A stretch of 43,259 bases of DNA from a bacterium (lineage in GTDB: Bacteria > Patescibacteriota > Gracilibacteria > Absconditabacterales > Absconditicoccaceae), in contig JAYTKZ010000040.1 in the NCBI GenBank assembly GCA_043729885.1, positions 1-43,259 on the forward strand, given 5' to 3'. Made by a program: the position numbers and the translations under genes. The first letter of the stretch is position 1. Each line of letters opens with the position of its first letter. The notes under the pieces were generated by a model. It did no database searches. It was given only the letters and a program-made list of their open reading frames with translations, and had not been told where the DNA came from. Positions 18,873 to 30,400 of the stretch are shown one piece after another.

Positions 18873-19124
18873 ATGTATCAGTGATATTGTGTCTACCTAC
18901 TTACATGAACAAGAAATTACGTATGAAGTACTAATAACCTAGAAAGAAGACTAATAGAACATACTAGATGAGAATATTCAACTAAAAGGATATGAACTCG
19001 AAAGTTAACATGATATATCCCATGTGATACATTATTGATAGCAAGAAGATTAGAAAAGAAAATTAAACAACTGTGACATTATCAAATTACTATGTTGAAT
19101 CTATGAATGGTTGTGGGAGAGTAA
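18873..19124 (+). CDS. Small GIY-YIG nuclease-domain protein (83 aa)
   Basis: Code 25 gives M-Y-Q-G-YCVYLLTGTRNYVGSTNNLERRLIEH...ARRLEKKIKQ, i.e. GIY, YIG, RR..EH and E..IK motifs. 9 of 83 codons are TGA, so it is invisible in the track. Confidence 0.75.
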
Positions 19125-19170
19125 GTCGGTTAAACCGACCTGGTCGAAGGTTCGAGACCCTCCCGACCCA
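19125..19170 (+). pseudogene. 3' fragment of a tRNA (anticodon-arm-like hairpin, T arm, 3' acceptor strand)
   Basis: gtcggttaaaccgac ctggtc gaagg-ttcgaga-ccctc ccgaccc a. Direct repeat of 18742-18772. Confidence 0.65.
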
Positions 19171-19177
19171 AAAAAAG

Positions 19178-19204
19178 TCTCAATCTTCGGATTGGGGTTT
19201 TTTT
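19178..19204 (+). terminator. Second copy of the UUCG-tetraloop terminator
   Basis: tctcaatc-ttcg-gattgggg followed by a T run. Confidence 0.7.
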
Positions 19205-19311
19205 ATTGTTAGAATAGTCTATTGAGTATATACTCTTCCCCCTTGCTATTGCATATTTTAAGCATAGGCTATTTTTATAGGGAATATCTTTATCCCATTA
19301 CCTTACTTATT

Positions 19312-19461
19312 ATGTTATATACTATCGCTGTGATTATGATTATATTACGAGCATTGTGATTCTGATTTAGAATTGGTTGAAATATTATTCATATCCTTTT
19401 GGTGATTGCTATTATTAGTATTTTATTGAGAGTTATTCGTGGTGATAAAAAACCTTTGTAA
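19312..19461 (+). CDS. Small membrane protein, lmo0937/DUF5670-like (49 aa)
   Basis: MLYTIAVIMIILRAL-G-F-G-FRIG-G-NIIHILLVIAIISILLRVIRG, with 3 TGA. Confidence 0.6.
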
Positions 19462-19646
19462 TACATTTATAACTATTGTAATCTCTTGCAATTATTTGTG
19501 TTTTTTCTATACTTCAAACATCAGAAAGTCTTCTCAACGCCTTGTAGAGGAGATTTTTTGTATAATAAAAAATGTTACAAAATAAGAATGAAATCGTATA
19601 CTATATAGTATAGTACAAATATATACTAATAGTAAAATTCTACACT

Positions 19647-19667
19647 CTTAATTTTTAATTCTTAATT
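19647..19667. repeat. Heptamer array
   Basis: cttaatt tttaatt cttaatt. Confidence 0.6.
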
Positions 19668-19679
19668 GTACTCATATTC

Positions 19680-20396
19680 ATGTTTCCAATTTGAGATGAC
19701 CAAGTAAAATGATGATATATGCCAGTTTTCACCTGGGTCATAATTGCTATAAACATCATTGTGTTTATGTATCAGCTATGACTGTCAGAAACAGGATTAG
19801 AGCAGTTTTTTATGACATATGCTACATTACCAGCTAAGATTATGCATGGGGAGCAATGGTACTCTCTAATTACAAGTATGTTTTTGCATGGATGACGAAT
19901 GCATATCATCTGAAATATGTTGTTTCTCTATGTGTTTTGAGATAATATAGAATCTCGTATGGGTAATATTCAATTTCTGATATTCTATCTTTTGAGTTGA
20001 GTAGTTTGAAGTTTTGCACATATCCTAACAGACACATCTAGTATCATCCCATCATTGTGAGCATCATGAGCAATATCATGAGTATTAGGGGCATACCTTG
20101 TGATGTTTCCTGGTTCTCGTATCAAGATGCTTCATCTGTGATCTATGAAGACATTCTTTGTGTGAGCATCTCAATTCTTGCTATATTGGATTTGATTACA
20201 AGTGTTAACATGATTTGGTTCATTGGCATCTGCTAGTGAATGATGATGAGTTGCATACTTTGCTCATATCGGATGATTTGCTATATGATGGATTTGGGGA
20301 GCTATGACAAAAGGGAAATATACTAAAGGAGAATTGGTTTCTGCACAATCTACTGAGATTGATGTGTCTTGATCTGATAATTGAAGAAAATTTTAA
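19680..20396 (+). CDS. Rhomboid family intramembrane serine protease
   Basis: 238 codons under code 25. FLHG-G-RMHII-G-NM, G-AS-G-AIS-G and AHIGGF motifs. About 23 TGA by manual count, so absent from the track. Confidence 0.85.
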
Positions 20397-20406
20397 TATA
20401 AAAAAA

Positions 20407-20429
20407 TCCCCCTGTAAAAAACAGGAGGA
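20407..20429. terminator. Bidirectional terminator hairpin between convergent genes
   Basis: tccccctgt-aaaaa-acaggagga flanked by A and T runs. Confidence 0.6.
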
Positions 20430-20434
20430 CTATA

Positions 20435-22234
20435 TTATTGTTTTGTGTAATCAACTTCGCAATCTGTGGTTTCTTGTTCATCATTACTACTTGTGTCAAC
20501 TTCTTCTTCTTCAAATACCAATTGTTTGTTCCACATTTCTGCGTATAAACCATTGGATGAAATCAATTCATGATGTTTGCCTTGTTCGATAATCTTACCA
20601 TTTTCCAATACAATAATTCTATCCATATTAGCTACGGTAGATAACCTATGTGCTATGCAAATCAAGGTATCATTGCTTTGGAGGAGTTCTTTCATCGCAA
20701 ACTGAATTTTTGTTTCAGACAAACTATCAAGAGAACTTGTTGCCTCATCCATAATAATAATAGGTCGCTTTGCAAGAAATGCACGAGCTATAGCAACTCT
20801 TTGGCGTTGTCCACCAGAAAGCTTTACCCCTCTTTCTCCGACTTTTGTATCATACTCTTTGGAGAGTTTGATAATAAAATCATGAGCTTGCGCTTTTTTT
20901 GCAGCTTCAGTAATTTCTTCATTAGTAGCATCAGGTCTTGCATAAGCAATGTTTTCTTTGATTGATCTATGAAATAACAAAGCTTCTTGTTGAACAGTCG
21001 CAATAGTAGATCGTAAACTACGAATAGAATACTCCCTAATATCATAATTGTTCAATGTTACACTTCCGCTATTTATATCCATTTCACGAAGAATAAGTTT
21101 TACTAATGTGGATTTCCCACTTCCTGATTCTCCAACAATACCAACTTTTTCTCCCTTCTTAATATGAAGATTAAAATTGTTAAATACTGGCTCATAAACA
21201 TCATATCCAAAGGTCATATTATTGAATACTATATCACCATTTTCTATACATACGATGTTACCATTGTCTTGTACAGTAGGTTGAGTTTTTAGTATTTCAA
21301 TCATTTCTTCACCATCAGTTATCAATTGAGTAATATTTTTTATTACATTACCAATGTTTGATAACTTGCTGGCAATAACTGTTGTATAACCAACAACCAG
21401 AATTACATCACCAAGAGTAAATAACTTTTGATCCCATAAATATGCTGTTGTTAGTATACTACTTACAACCATAATTAAATAGAATAAGTCGTTTACGCGC
21501 CATTGGATGTATCCTTTTCCCCATGCAGTTCTTCTATAATCAGACCTTGTTTTATTGATTTGAGTGAATCGATTTTTTTCTTCTTCGATTTTCCCAAATG
21601 CGTGAATAGTACTAATATTGCTCAATTGATCAGATATTAGTGCTGTCACTTTTGAGTCTGTATTTGATACTTTCTCGTTAAATGGATGTTGCCATCTAGA
21701 AAATCTATATGTCATATATCCAAATAATAAACCAATAATCAACATTCCTAAGCCAAATAGAGGCATTTTAATAAACAGTACTGTTATAATTGATACAAAA
21801 AGTGTAACACTTGGTATCAAATTAAAGAAAAGTTCATCATAAATTCTTTCGTAGCAACGAGTGAATTTATTGTGTTTTCCCACAAGAGCACCAATTGAAT
21901 GATTCTTGAAATAATCAATTGAAAGATCCAATAAATGGTGAGCAGTGTGATCTGCTATTCTGTGCATCGTTTTCTGTTCTACTACTACAAGTAACCAGTT
22001 TCCTATAGCCCAAACAATAGTTCTGACTATAAGGTACGCTAGATATGTTAATACAATCGCCAATATAATACTATACGGTGTTTGTAATGACATTTTGTTC
22101 GTAAAATCTGCAAAATATATTGGTGCAATAATATCACCAATAATAGGCGAGATAATGGAAATAATGATAGATAACCAAAACGCTTTTGCGTATGGTTTCT
22201 GTAATTTACTAAAAATGATAAAGACCTTTTTCAT
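20435..22234 (-). CDS. ABC transporter, fused permease/ATPase (MsbA/ABCB-type exporter)
   Basis: Intact 599-aa track ORF with Walker A GESGSGKST, signature LSGGQRQR and Walker B IIIMDEATS. Zero TGA. Confidence 0.93.
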   Translation of the reverse strand: MKKVFIIFSKLQKPYAKAFWLSIIISIISPIIGDIIAPIYFADFTNKMSLQTPYSIILAIVLTYLAYLIVRTIVWAIGNWLLVVVEQKTMHRIADHTAHHLLDLSIDYFKNHSIGALVGKHNKFTRCYERIYDELFFNLIPSVTLFVSIITVLFIKMPLFGLGMLIIGLLFGYMTYRFSRWQHPFNEKVSNTDSKVTALISDQLSNISTIHAFGKIEEEKNRFTQINKTRSDYRRTAWGKGYIQWRVNDLFYLIMVVSSILTTAYLWDQKLFTLGDVILVVGYTTVIASKLSNIGNVIKNITQLITDGEEMIEILKTQPTVQDNGNIVCIENGDIVFNNMTFGYDVYEPVFNNFNLHIKKGEKVGIVGESGSGKSTLVKLILREMDINSGSVTLNNYDIREYSIRSLRSTIATVQQEALLFHRSIKENIAYARPDATNEEITEAAKKAQAHDFIIKLSKEYDTKVGERGVKLSGGQRQRVAIARAFLAKRPIIIMDEATSSLDSLSETKIQFAMKELLQSNDTLICIAHRLSTVANMDRIIVLENGKIIEQGKHHELISSNGLYAEMWNKQLVFEEEEVDTSSNDEQETTDCEVDYTKQ

Positions 22235-22422
22235 AATAATTAATTTTATGGTTCCCCTAGTATACGAATTACTTTTTGTTTTGTGACAACATTATTTACA
22301 TAATTTATATTATTTGTCAATACTTAGTATTCATGATATGGTTTTTTATATGTTTCATCCACTTGCTAAACATACTTTTAAAGGGTATAGTTAGATATAC
22401 TTTTACTCTATAAATACATTCT

Positions 22423-24201
22423 ATGAACCGTATTCGTTTATTTTTTGCACAATGGATCCGTGCTATCACCATATTTCCTCTTTCATTTGTTATATTGACA
22501 GTAATGTCAGTTGTATGAATTGCTATGGTTTATAGTGATTATGATAATACACAGTATTTGCTAAAAATAATGATTTCTTGTTTAGTAGCATTACCTTTGA
22601 CGATACTTTCTCCATTACAAACATACATCTCGAATAAAGAAACTACTTACAAGGATGTAATCATTTCAGCATTGTGAGTAGGTATAGGGATATTATATTA
22701 TATAGCACTCCCACTTGATTTTGAAGATACAAGTCGTGCTATACAGATTTCAACTACATGATGAATAGTGCTTTCACGACTATCGTTATTATTTATTATT
22801 GCATGGAAGAAAAAAGATATCGAAATAATGACATGGGTATGGTGGAAAGAATTTTTGTTATCGATTGTAATGTGATGACTTGCTGGTGGGATTATCTGGT
22901 GAGGAATAAGTGCTAGTTTAGCATCACTGGATTACTTATTTTGACTTACTATTAACTCAAAAGCATATGGATATGTTTGAATTGTCTCTATGATATTTAT
23001 TACTTGAGCTATAGCACTTATTCATATTGTGAATCAAGATCCAAAACATAGTACTCCAGAATATGGTCGCACAATGCGTATCTTTGGACATTATATTTTT
23101 CTTCCACTAACTATTATCTATGGATGTATTTTAATTAGTTATGGTATAAAAATCCTTATTTCATGAGTATGGCCAAAGTGAATGATTGTCTATATGGTTA
23201 CTTGATATGTGGGATTTTGAATACTAACACGATTAGCTACATATCCATCACTACCAAATAACTTTATTAGCAAAGCGCATCGTGGATTGTTTATTAGTTT
23301 CTTGCTAACGAGTTTTTTGATGATTCAAGCAGCTAGAATGAGAATTGATCAATATGGATTTACTGTAGCTAGATATTTTGTTTGTGCAATTATTGTATGG
23401 ATTATTATTGCTAGTATTGGTAGTATCTTTTTTGCAAAGCGTAGATATATGATTATGATTACAACTTTACTAGTTCTATGATGAATTAGTATCTACGGTG
23501 GTAAAATAAATGCTGTATCGGTAGCAAATAATTCTCAAAAAAATCTTTTGATTCAAAGTCTTGCACAATACAATATTACTTTGCCACTAGCATCATGATC
23601 ATTAGCCACTATAACTTCATGAGATGCAGGTAAGGTATACAATACAATATATTATATCTGTAATGCATGAGATATAGATACTATAGATTCATTGTTGCCT
23701 GAAAGTGAAAAATCAAAACTAGCTAACTTATCATCATATGTAAAAGCTGACTATGTATTCAATTATGCATGACTAGATTATGAAAATAGATATGACCCAA
23801 TAGCTACCCCAAAAGAACTTTATTTCTCTTGGGATGAAAGCATTAACCAATCTAAAACCAATGAGCCTATATCAACTCTTTGATATTCATCGCTTTATAT
23901 GTTGAATCACCAGAAGAGCAGTGAAATCAATATTGTTACTATCTACCGTGAAAAAGAAAAGTTTAGTGTGAATCTTTGAGAATATACTAATGATATATAC
24001 AATATAATTACTGCAGTAAATAGTAAAGGTACAATCCCTGAAACTACTAAAGATAATATACAATATACTTCGTGAGGTATCGCTATTACTACTGACTCGT
24101 TGAAACTTATATTAACAAATGTTTCTGGATTTAAAACATTACAAGATTCGTGAGATATATATACAATTCAATACTATATGTGATATGTATTATTGCGTTA
24201 A
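22423..24201 (+). CDS. Large polytopic membrane protein (possibly DUF4153-like)
   Basis: 592 codons open under code 25, in frame with track ORF 23287..23481. Many hydrophobic segments. Family call tentative. Confidence 0.7.
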
Positions 24202-24230
24202 TACTATAGATTATATCTAATAATCAGAAT

Positions 24231-24252
24231 ACTCTCTTTTGGAGAGTTTTTT
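24231..24252 (+). terminator. Rho-independent terminator
   Basis: actctc-ttttg-gagagt followed by tttttt. Confidence 0.8.
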
Positions 24253-24449
24253 GTATAAAGAAAAAGGTCATGTCATAAACAACATGCCTTTATTTGAAGA
24301 GTAGATTTTCTTGTTTGTGTACTAATAAGTAATGAATAAATGAAAGATACTATTGCTAGCACCTAAGATAAATAAAGAACGAATTAATACGCGATTGATA
24401 TAAATAATCGAAAATCTATTGCAAGAGAAAATACATATAAAAAATCTGC

Positions 24450-24908
24450 CTATAATTGCATCTTTCTAGCAAGTTTATCCATAGCATTTTGAGGGTAACT
24501 TTCTACGAGAGAAATATAGGTTTGCAACTCTGTTATAAATGACTTTTTTGCTTCATGTTCATCATCAAATGAGAATACCATATGATCATTATTTTTCATA
24601 ACAATAATAATATTTTTCCACTCTTGAGATTTTGTATCTACTTCAACAACAAAACTATCTAGTGATTGCCATGGCCAGAGTCTAGCATCAACAGCTAAAC
24701 CTGAGTCACGGATCCCTAAATTAATATGTTTATTTTTTGTTAATGAGAAAAGGATATATGCTCATGTAAAAAGAAAGAGTATGATTGATCAAAATAAATT
24801 TGCAAAAAATATTGATGCTCAAATAATGACAGCAAGTGAAACTGCAAATGCTATAAACCATCACTTTGTTCTTTCGAAATGTTCTCAATTATAGACACGA
24901 ATTTCCAT
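24450..24908 (-). CDS. Hypothetical membrane protein (two N-terminal TM segments plus a soluble C-terminal domain)
   Basis: 152 codons open under code 25 on the minus strand; 6 TGA. Confidence 0.6.
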
Positions 24909-24945
24909 GATGATAGTTATGAGTAGTTAAAGATTTTTTATTCTC

Positions 24946-24986
24946 GTCATTCTGACACTGAGAGAATCGAAGTGGAAGAATCTCGT
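24946..24986 (+). repeat. REP-like element
   Basis: gtcattctgacactgagagaatcgaagtggaagaatctcgt. Confidence 0.8.
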
Positions 24987-25003
24987 CAAACAACTATTTA
25001 TTC

Positions 25004-25032
25004 ACGAGATCCTTCGCGATGCTCAGGATGAC
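25004..25032 (-). repeat. REP-like element, inverted orientation
   Basis: Reverse complement reads gtcatcctgagcatcgcgaaggatctcgt. Confidence 0.8.
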
Positions 25033-25037
25033 GTGTG

Positions 25038-26465
25038 TTAATTAAGTATCATTTTTTCAATTTCTCATCCAATTCCAAACAATACATCTTCTCTCCAATG
25101 TGGAGCCATTAGTTGAATACCTACTGCAAATTGCTCTCAATCTTTTTCTACAAATCATGTAGGAACATTCATAGCAGGGTATCATCCGATATTAGCTGGC
25201 ACAGTATATATATCTGCAAGATAGTTTTTCAAGGGGTCATTTGTTCTTTCTCAAATTTTTCGAGCTAATTCTGGTGATGTTGGTCAAAGTATTACATCAA
25301 CTTTATCAAATAGTGAATTCATATTTTGTTGCATTTTTGCTCTAACCATTTGTGCTTTACGATAATAAGCGTCATAGAATCATGCACTAAGTACATATGA
25401 TCACATCAGTATTCTTCTTTTTACTTCTGTTCCAAATCACTTGTCTCTAATGGTAGAGTAATAGTCTTTGATAGACGCAAATGTACTAGTGTCATCTTGT
25501 AGTCAGTATCTAATTCCATCAAATCTTGACATATTTGTACTCACTTCAGCAAATACAAGTATATAATACACTGCTACCATATATTTTAGTAAAGGAAAAT
25601 CTAATTCAATTATTTCTGCTCATTGATTTTTTGCTTGTTCCAATATATATTTCGTATTTTTTTCAATCAATGGATCAATTCATTCTCCAAAAAACTGTTT
25701 GCAGTATCATATCTTTTTTCATTTGAGACTAGTATTTTGTAATGCTTGAAACCAATCTTTAGTGTCATCTTTTTCAATACTTGTCGCGTCGTGTTTGTCT
25801 TGTCATGATATTGCTTGCAACATTAAAGCTGCATCGTAGACAGTTTTTGTCATTACTCATACTTGATCGAAAGAAGACGCCATAGCTTGAACTCCATATC
25901 TAGACACTCTACCATATGTCGGTTTAAGTCATACAATTCAACACATAAATGCTGGTTGTCTAACTGATCATCATGTGTCAGTTCCAAGTGCAGCAATACA
26001 TAAATCTGCAGCTACTGCAGCAGCACTTCATCCACTAGAACCTCCAGAAACACGATTAATACCATATGGATTTATAACTGGTCAGTATGCAGAGTTTTCA
26101 TTTGATCACCCCATCGCAAATTCATCGAGATTTGTTTTTCCTATCATACATCAACCAGCTTGCTCAAGTTTTTCGAAACATGTTGCGCTATATGGAGGAA
26201 TGAATTTCTCTGCAATCTTAGAACCAAAAGTGGTTGTAACTCACTTTGTTAAAATTAAATCTTTTACTGCAATAGGAGCTCATTTTAAATCTCATCATTG
26301 TAGTGTCTTGATATTATTTTTAATATATTCATCTGCAAAACTAAGGTAGATATTATACTTCCCATTTTGTTCTTTTGCTTTTGTTACATATGAAGCAACT
26401 ACAGCTTCTGGTTGTAGGGTTCATGCTTCAACTTGTTGTATATAATCTTTGAGTGTAAGGGACAT
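25038..26465 (-). CDS. gatA: Glu-tRNA(Gln)/Asp-tRNA(Asn) amidotransferase subunit A (amidase signature family)
   Basis: 475 codons under code 25. GGSSG-TGA-SAAAVAA and GTDT-TGA-TGA-SVRQPA. Track shows only antisense ORF 25975..26349. Confidence 0.9.
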
Positions 26466-26471
26466 ATATTA

Positions 26472-26506
26472 TAGGGATTAGGGACAAGGGATTTGGGATT
26501 AGTTGT
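26472..26506. repeat. TAGGGAT-type heptamer array
   Basis: tagggat tagggac aagggat ttgggat tagttgt. Confidence 0.8.
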
Positions 26507-26510
26507 TATT

Positions 26511-26540
26511 GTCATTCTGAGCAACGCGAAGAATCTCGTG
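26511..26540 (+). repeat. REP-like element
   Basis: gtcattctgagcaacgcgaagaatctcgtg. Confidence 0.8.
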
Positions 26541-26554
26541 AATAACTTCGACTA

Positions 26555-26869
26555 CTATTTTACGATTAATTCATTTACTAATGCTTGTGTAGCTTTGATA
26601 TCTTCTTCACTAAGTTGGCTAGATGAGTTAGTACTTCAAGTTGTTCATACTTCTTTCTCTACTATTTCTTTAATTTTCTCAGTTACATCAACTTTTTTAG
26701 CTTCCTCTGAACTATTTGAAAGATTTTCTTTTACATACACTGATTGTTCAACCCCAAACCAACCTTTCAATACATTGAGAGGAGTTTTATCGTTATAGAA
26801 AGCTACTCATAGAACAACTACGAGGAAAAGAAATATGATAATGAGTATCCAAAATAATACTTTTCTCAT
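26555..26869 (-). CDS. Hypothetical signal-anchored protein (104 aa)
   Basis: MRKVLFWILIIIFLFLVVVL N-terminus, then a Ser/Glu/Lys-rich tail. Opposite-strand track ORF 26493..26798 runs through a REP and is less plausible. Confidence 0.5.
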
Positions 26870-27119
26870 TGGGGATAACAAAATATAAATAGCAAATTAC
26901 GAATGTTTAATACTTATCTAAACAACCTTGTGTTGCAAGCATTTCTCAATTATTCTATAAAATATGATAATTAATATGATACACATGTCAATGTTTATAT
27001 ATTATATAGTATATAATGGGTATCCTGTTCTAATAGTATTGTTGTAAATACGACTCTATATAGCTTGATTTGTCAATTCTCAATATACTTATAGGTGATT
27101 TATATATTAGTCACTTGAA

Positions 27120-27428
27120 ATGATTTCAATCAAAGAGTTCGACTTACTCTCAAATCAAGACAAACAAGCATATTTGCTTAGAATGTTTTCACAATTATGA
27201 AACGTTAAACCAGAGGCAATTGATGTAATAGATTTGCTCGAATCATGATATAAATTTTCGACACAGACATTAGATTCCATATTTACCTCTATGTGAGATG
27301 CTATCCAAGAGGGCAAAAATACCAATACCGATAAAATACAAAAACAACTTCATGTAATTCATGAACAATTAGAAAAAGAAGCATCTGAATCATCTGATGA
27401 AGCAGATGATATGCTTGATACTATTTAA
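27120..27428 (+). CDS. Small acidic protein (102 aa), first gene of the giant-ORF operon
   Basis: Open under code 25 with 3 TGA. Ends 18 nt before the giant ORF start. Asp/Glu-rich C-terminus. Confidence 0.6.
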
Positions 27429-27446
27429 ATATAACTATGTAACCTG

Positions 27447-30400
27447 ATGGCTAATGCTGTACCACAAAGTTTTGAAGAACTAAATAAATCTACATTAGGT
27501 GATAAAAAGCTTAGTAGAGAGGAGATTTCTTATATGCAAGCAAAAGATGCTCTTTGGTATAAGGATATATCAAATTGATTACTTCTTGATGTGCAAGAAG
27601 TAAATAAACTTAGTTTAAGCAAAAATCCTACAGTTAAGAAAATTCTGGATTACTTAATTTTTCATCCTGATGTGTTGCTTAGTAAATTTAATAGTTTTGT
27701 GACACCCCAATTAAAAACTGCATTTAAAAAGATATTAAGCGATTCTGATGATTTTCAAAAACAATCTCTAGTCTTGAATGTTCTTTTGTTTTTATCATCT
27801 GCTAGTACAACGACTGACGAAAAGTCTGGTCTTATTCGCCCAGACTTGATTAACTTATTTTCAACTACTACTGTAAAATCGCTTCATAGATATCAAAAGA
27901 AGTATGAAAATACTTCTTGATGGTCTAAAGCAGATTGTATAGTATGACCAAAAACTATTCAGCAACTTATAGCAGACTGTGGTATGACGTTGCATGATGG
28001 AGTAACATGAACATCTGCAGTAACAATAGATAGTCAATTTAGTAAATCAAAATCAACATTGAAAGAATGATACTGATGGGCAAAAGATTCACAGATAGCA
28101 ATAGATGCTATTATGGCTGACCCAGCACTTGATGCAGTACAAAAAACACAAGAGATGATTAAAGTATGTAAAAAAACTACTACTGATCAAAAAGATGAAA
28201 AAAATGGAGAATCAAAAGATAAAAGATATGCAGCAGTTGTGCAAATGATATTAAAAGTTAAAACAATGTTAGCAGCTGCTGATGATGAAGGGAAGGTTCA
28301 AATTCTACAGTGCTTTGATAAAACATTTCAAAAAGAAATTTCTCAATATCGAAATAGTAAAAACTCTAGAGAAGATTTAGGTGTGTCTAAAAGTGATGAT
28401 TTCTGGAAAGAACTAAAAGAAGTGAAAGTAGAAAGTGAATCATGGAAAAATAAAATTAATCTAGCTCTATCTACAGCTAATCTTTGGAAATCATATATTC
28501 ATACCTGTGCCCCAAATGCTGCAGAAGAGTTTTGATCGCAAATTGACAAAGCAATTCAATGATTACAAAAACTTACACGCTATGATTGAGCTGACCATAC
28601 AAAAGAAATTACAGTACTTCTGAGTAAAGTATTTATAACATCTGAAGAATATAGAGTAAAACACAATTCTATATTCAAAGATAAAACGAATCACACAGTA
28701 CAACAATATTTGCTTAATACCATTACTTCACTTTTTGGAAAAAAGACTTGAGATGTTATAAAAGATGAAAATTGAAAAACAATAACTGTAGACTGGAGTA
28801 AGGGGATAGTTAATATGCTCAACATTATTACAACATCAATTAGAACGATTGATAAGAATTTTGATTGATGAATATTTGATCATTATCAAACATGAGAATG
28901 ATTAACACAAATGCTTGAATCAAATGATATAATTAAACCAAAAGATATTAGAATGACAGCTTGAAAAAATTTCGATCAATATAATAGCGATATGGATGCG
29001 ATGAAAGCACTGTTTACAACTATTCCAAATACTAAACTAAACACATTAATTAGCTCACTTGATAAAACTACTTCATCTACTCAAACGGTATACATTGAAC
29101 ATTGAATGAAAACAACTGAGACATCGTATAGTTTTGATAAAGTCGCATTAGACAAAGCATTAGTTGAAGTTGGGATTAACTGACTTTCTGCTGATTGTAA
29201 AAAAGATATGTGGGAGAAATATAAAAAGATGAAAGAAGAAGTAATTCCACAAGCAAAGAAAGAAGCTGAACAAAGTATTGATGGGATTATTAGTTCTTTT
29301 CAATCATCGGTTGATTTTCATACAAGACAAAACAATGCTGCTGTGATACCAATTATACAATCTCAAATTGATGCCCGAAAACTTTTCCGTGTATGAAAAT
29401 GAGAAATGCCTATAGACAATACAAATCCATTACTACAAGAAAATTTAAAAATGCTTTGATTGCCTGCATGATCAATAACTATGCAAACATTTACTGATAA
29501 CTTTATAAACACAAAACTACAACTTTCATCTGCTGCAGTACTTGAGCATTATATGACAGTATGAATAATGGATAAACACTCATGACTAATTGATGCTATA
29601 GAGTCTAAACAAAATAAAAATAGTTCTGAAAAAGTATTATCACTGTATGCTAATATTCATGGAGTATGATCTGGTTGGTCTGATGAAACATACAATACAG
29701 CTATGACTGTTGCTAAAGAAGTTACAATTATGGTTGTAGCTACAATTGCAACTATGTGAATAGGTGCAGCATTTAATGCGGCATGAAGAGCTGTCGTTGC
29801 TGGTGGTGAACTTATATTAGCGTCAGAGTGAGTTGATGTTGTATTAGTATCTAGTAGAGCAGCAGCACAAGTATTATCTAAAACACCATGACTTGCTACT
29901 AGGTTTGGGACGTGGGCAAGTAAATGGACTTCTATGGCTAAATTTTGTGCAAAAACATCACAGTGAATAAATGCCTTAAAGGGTGCAAATATAATTGGGA
30001 AATGAACAATATGATTAACAAAGATGGCTATTGAATGATCAGCTTTCCACTTTTCATCTACTGCAATGTCAAATGTACTTCATGGCCAAGAACGAAATCT
30101 ATGATTACAAGATTGGAAATGATATGCAAAAACATCATTGTTTTTGGGTGCATTCAAATATATCCATGGATGAGTTAATAAAATGATTGGATTAAATACA
30201 GAATCATGAATTACTAAAGCATTTACAACTCCTGCATCAATAGCAGGTAAGACGATAAATATATCAAAAGCATTTGTTAAATCAGTAGTTGGTGTATGAA
30301 CTGAAGCAGTCTCAATGACAGCAGTAGATATTCCATTATCATTAGTATTTGACGGGAAGATGCCTGATATGTCTGCTAAAGATTTAGCTCAAACATTATG

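Noticed and set aside
24253-24449. Possible small gene or sRNA in the 200-nt gap after the 22423..24201 gene
   Set aside because: There is no ORF with a credible start under code 25, only one weak hairpin (aggtcatg...catgcct). The evidence is insufficient.
25975-26798. Plus-strand track ORFs 25975..26349 and 26493..26798
   Set aside because: The first is antisense to gatA. The second translates a REP element (VILSNAKNLV) and is antisense to a more plausible signal-anchored ORF.
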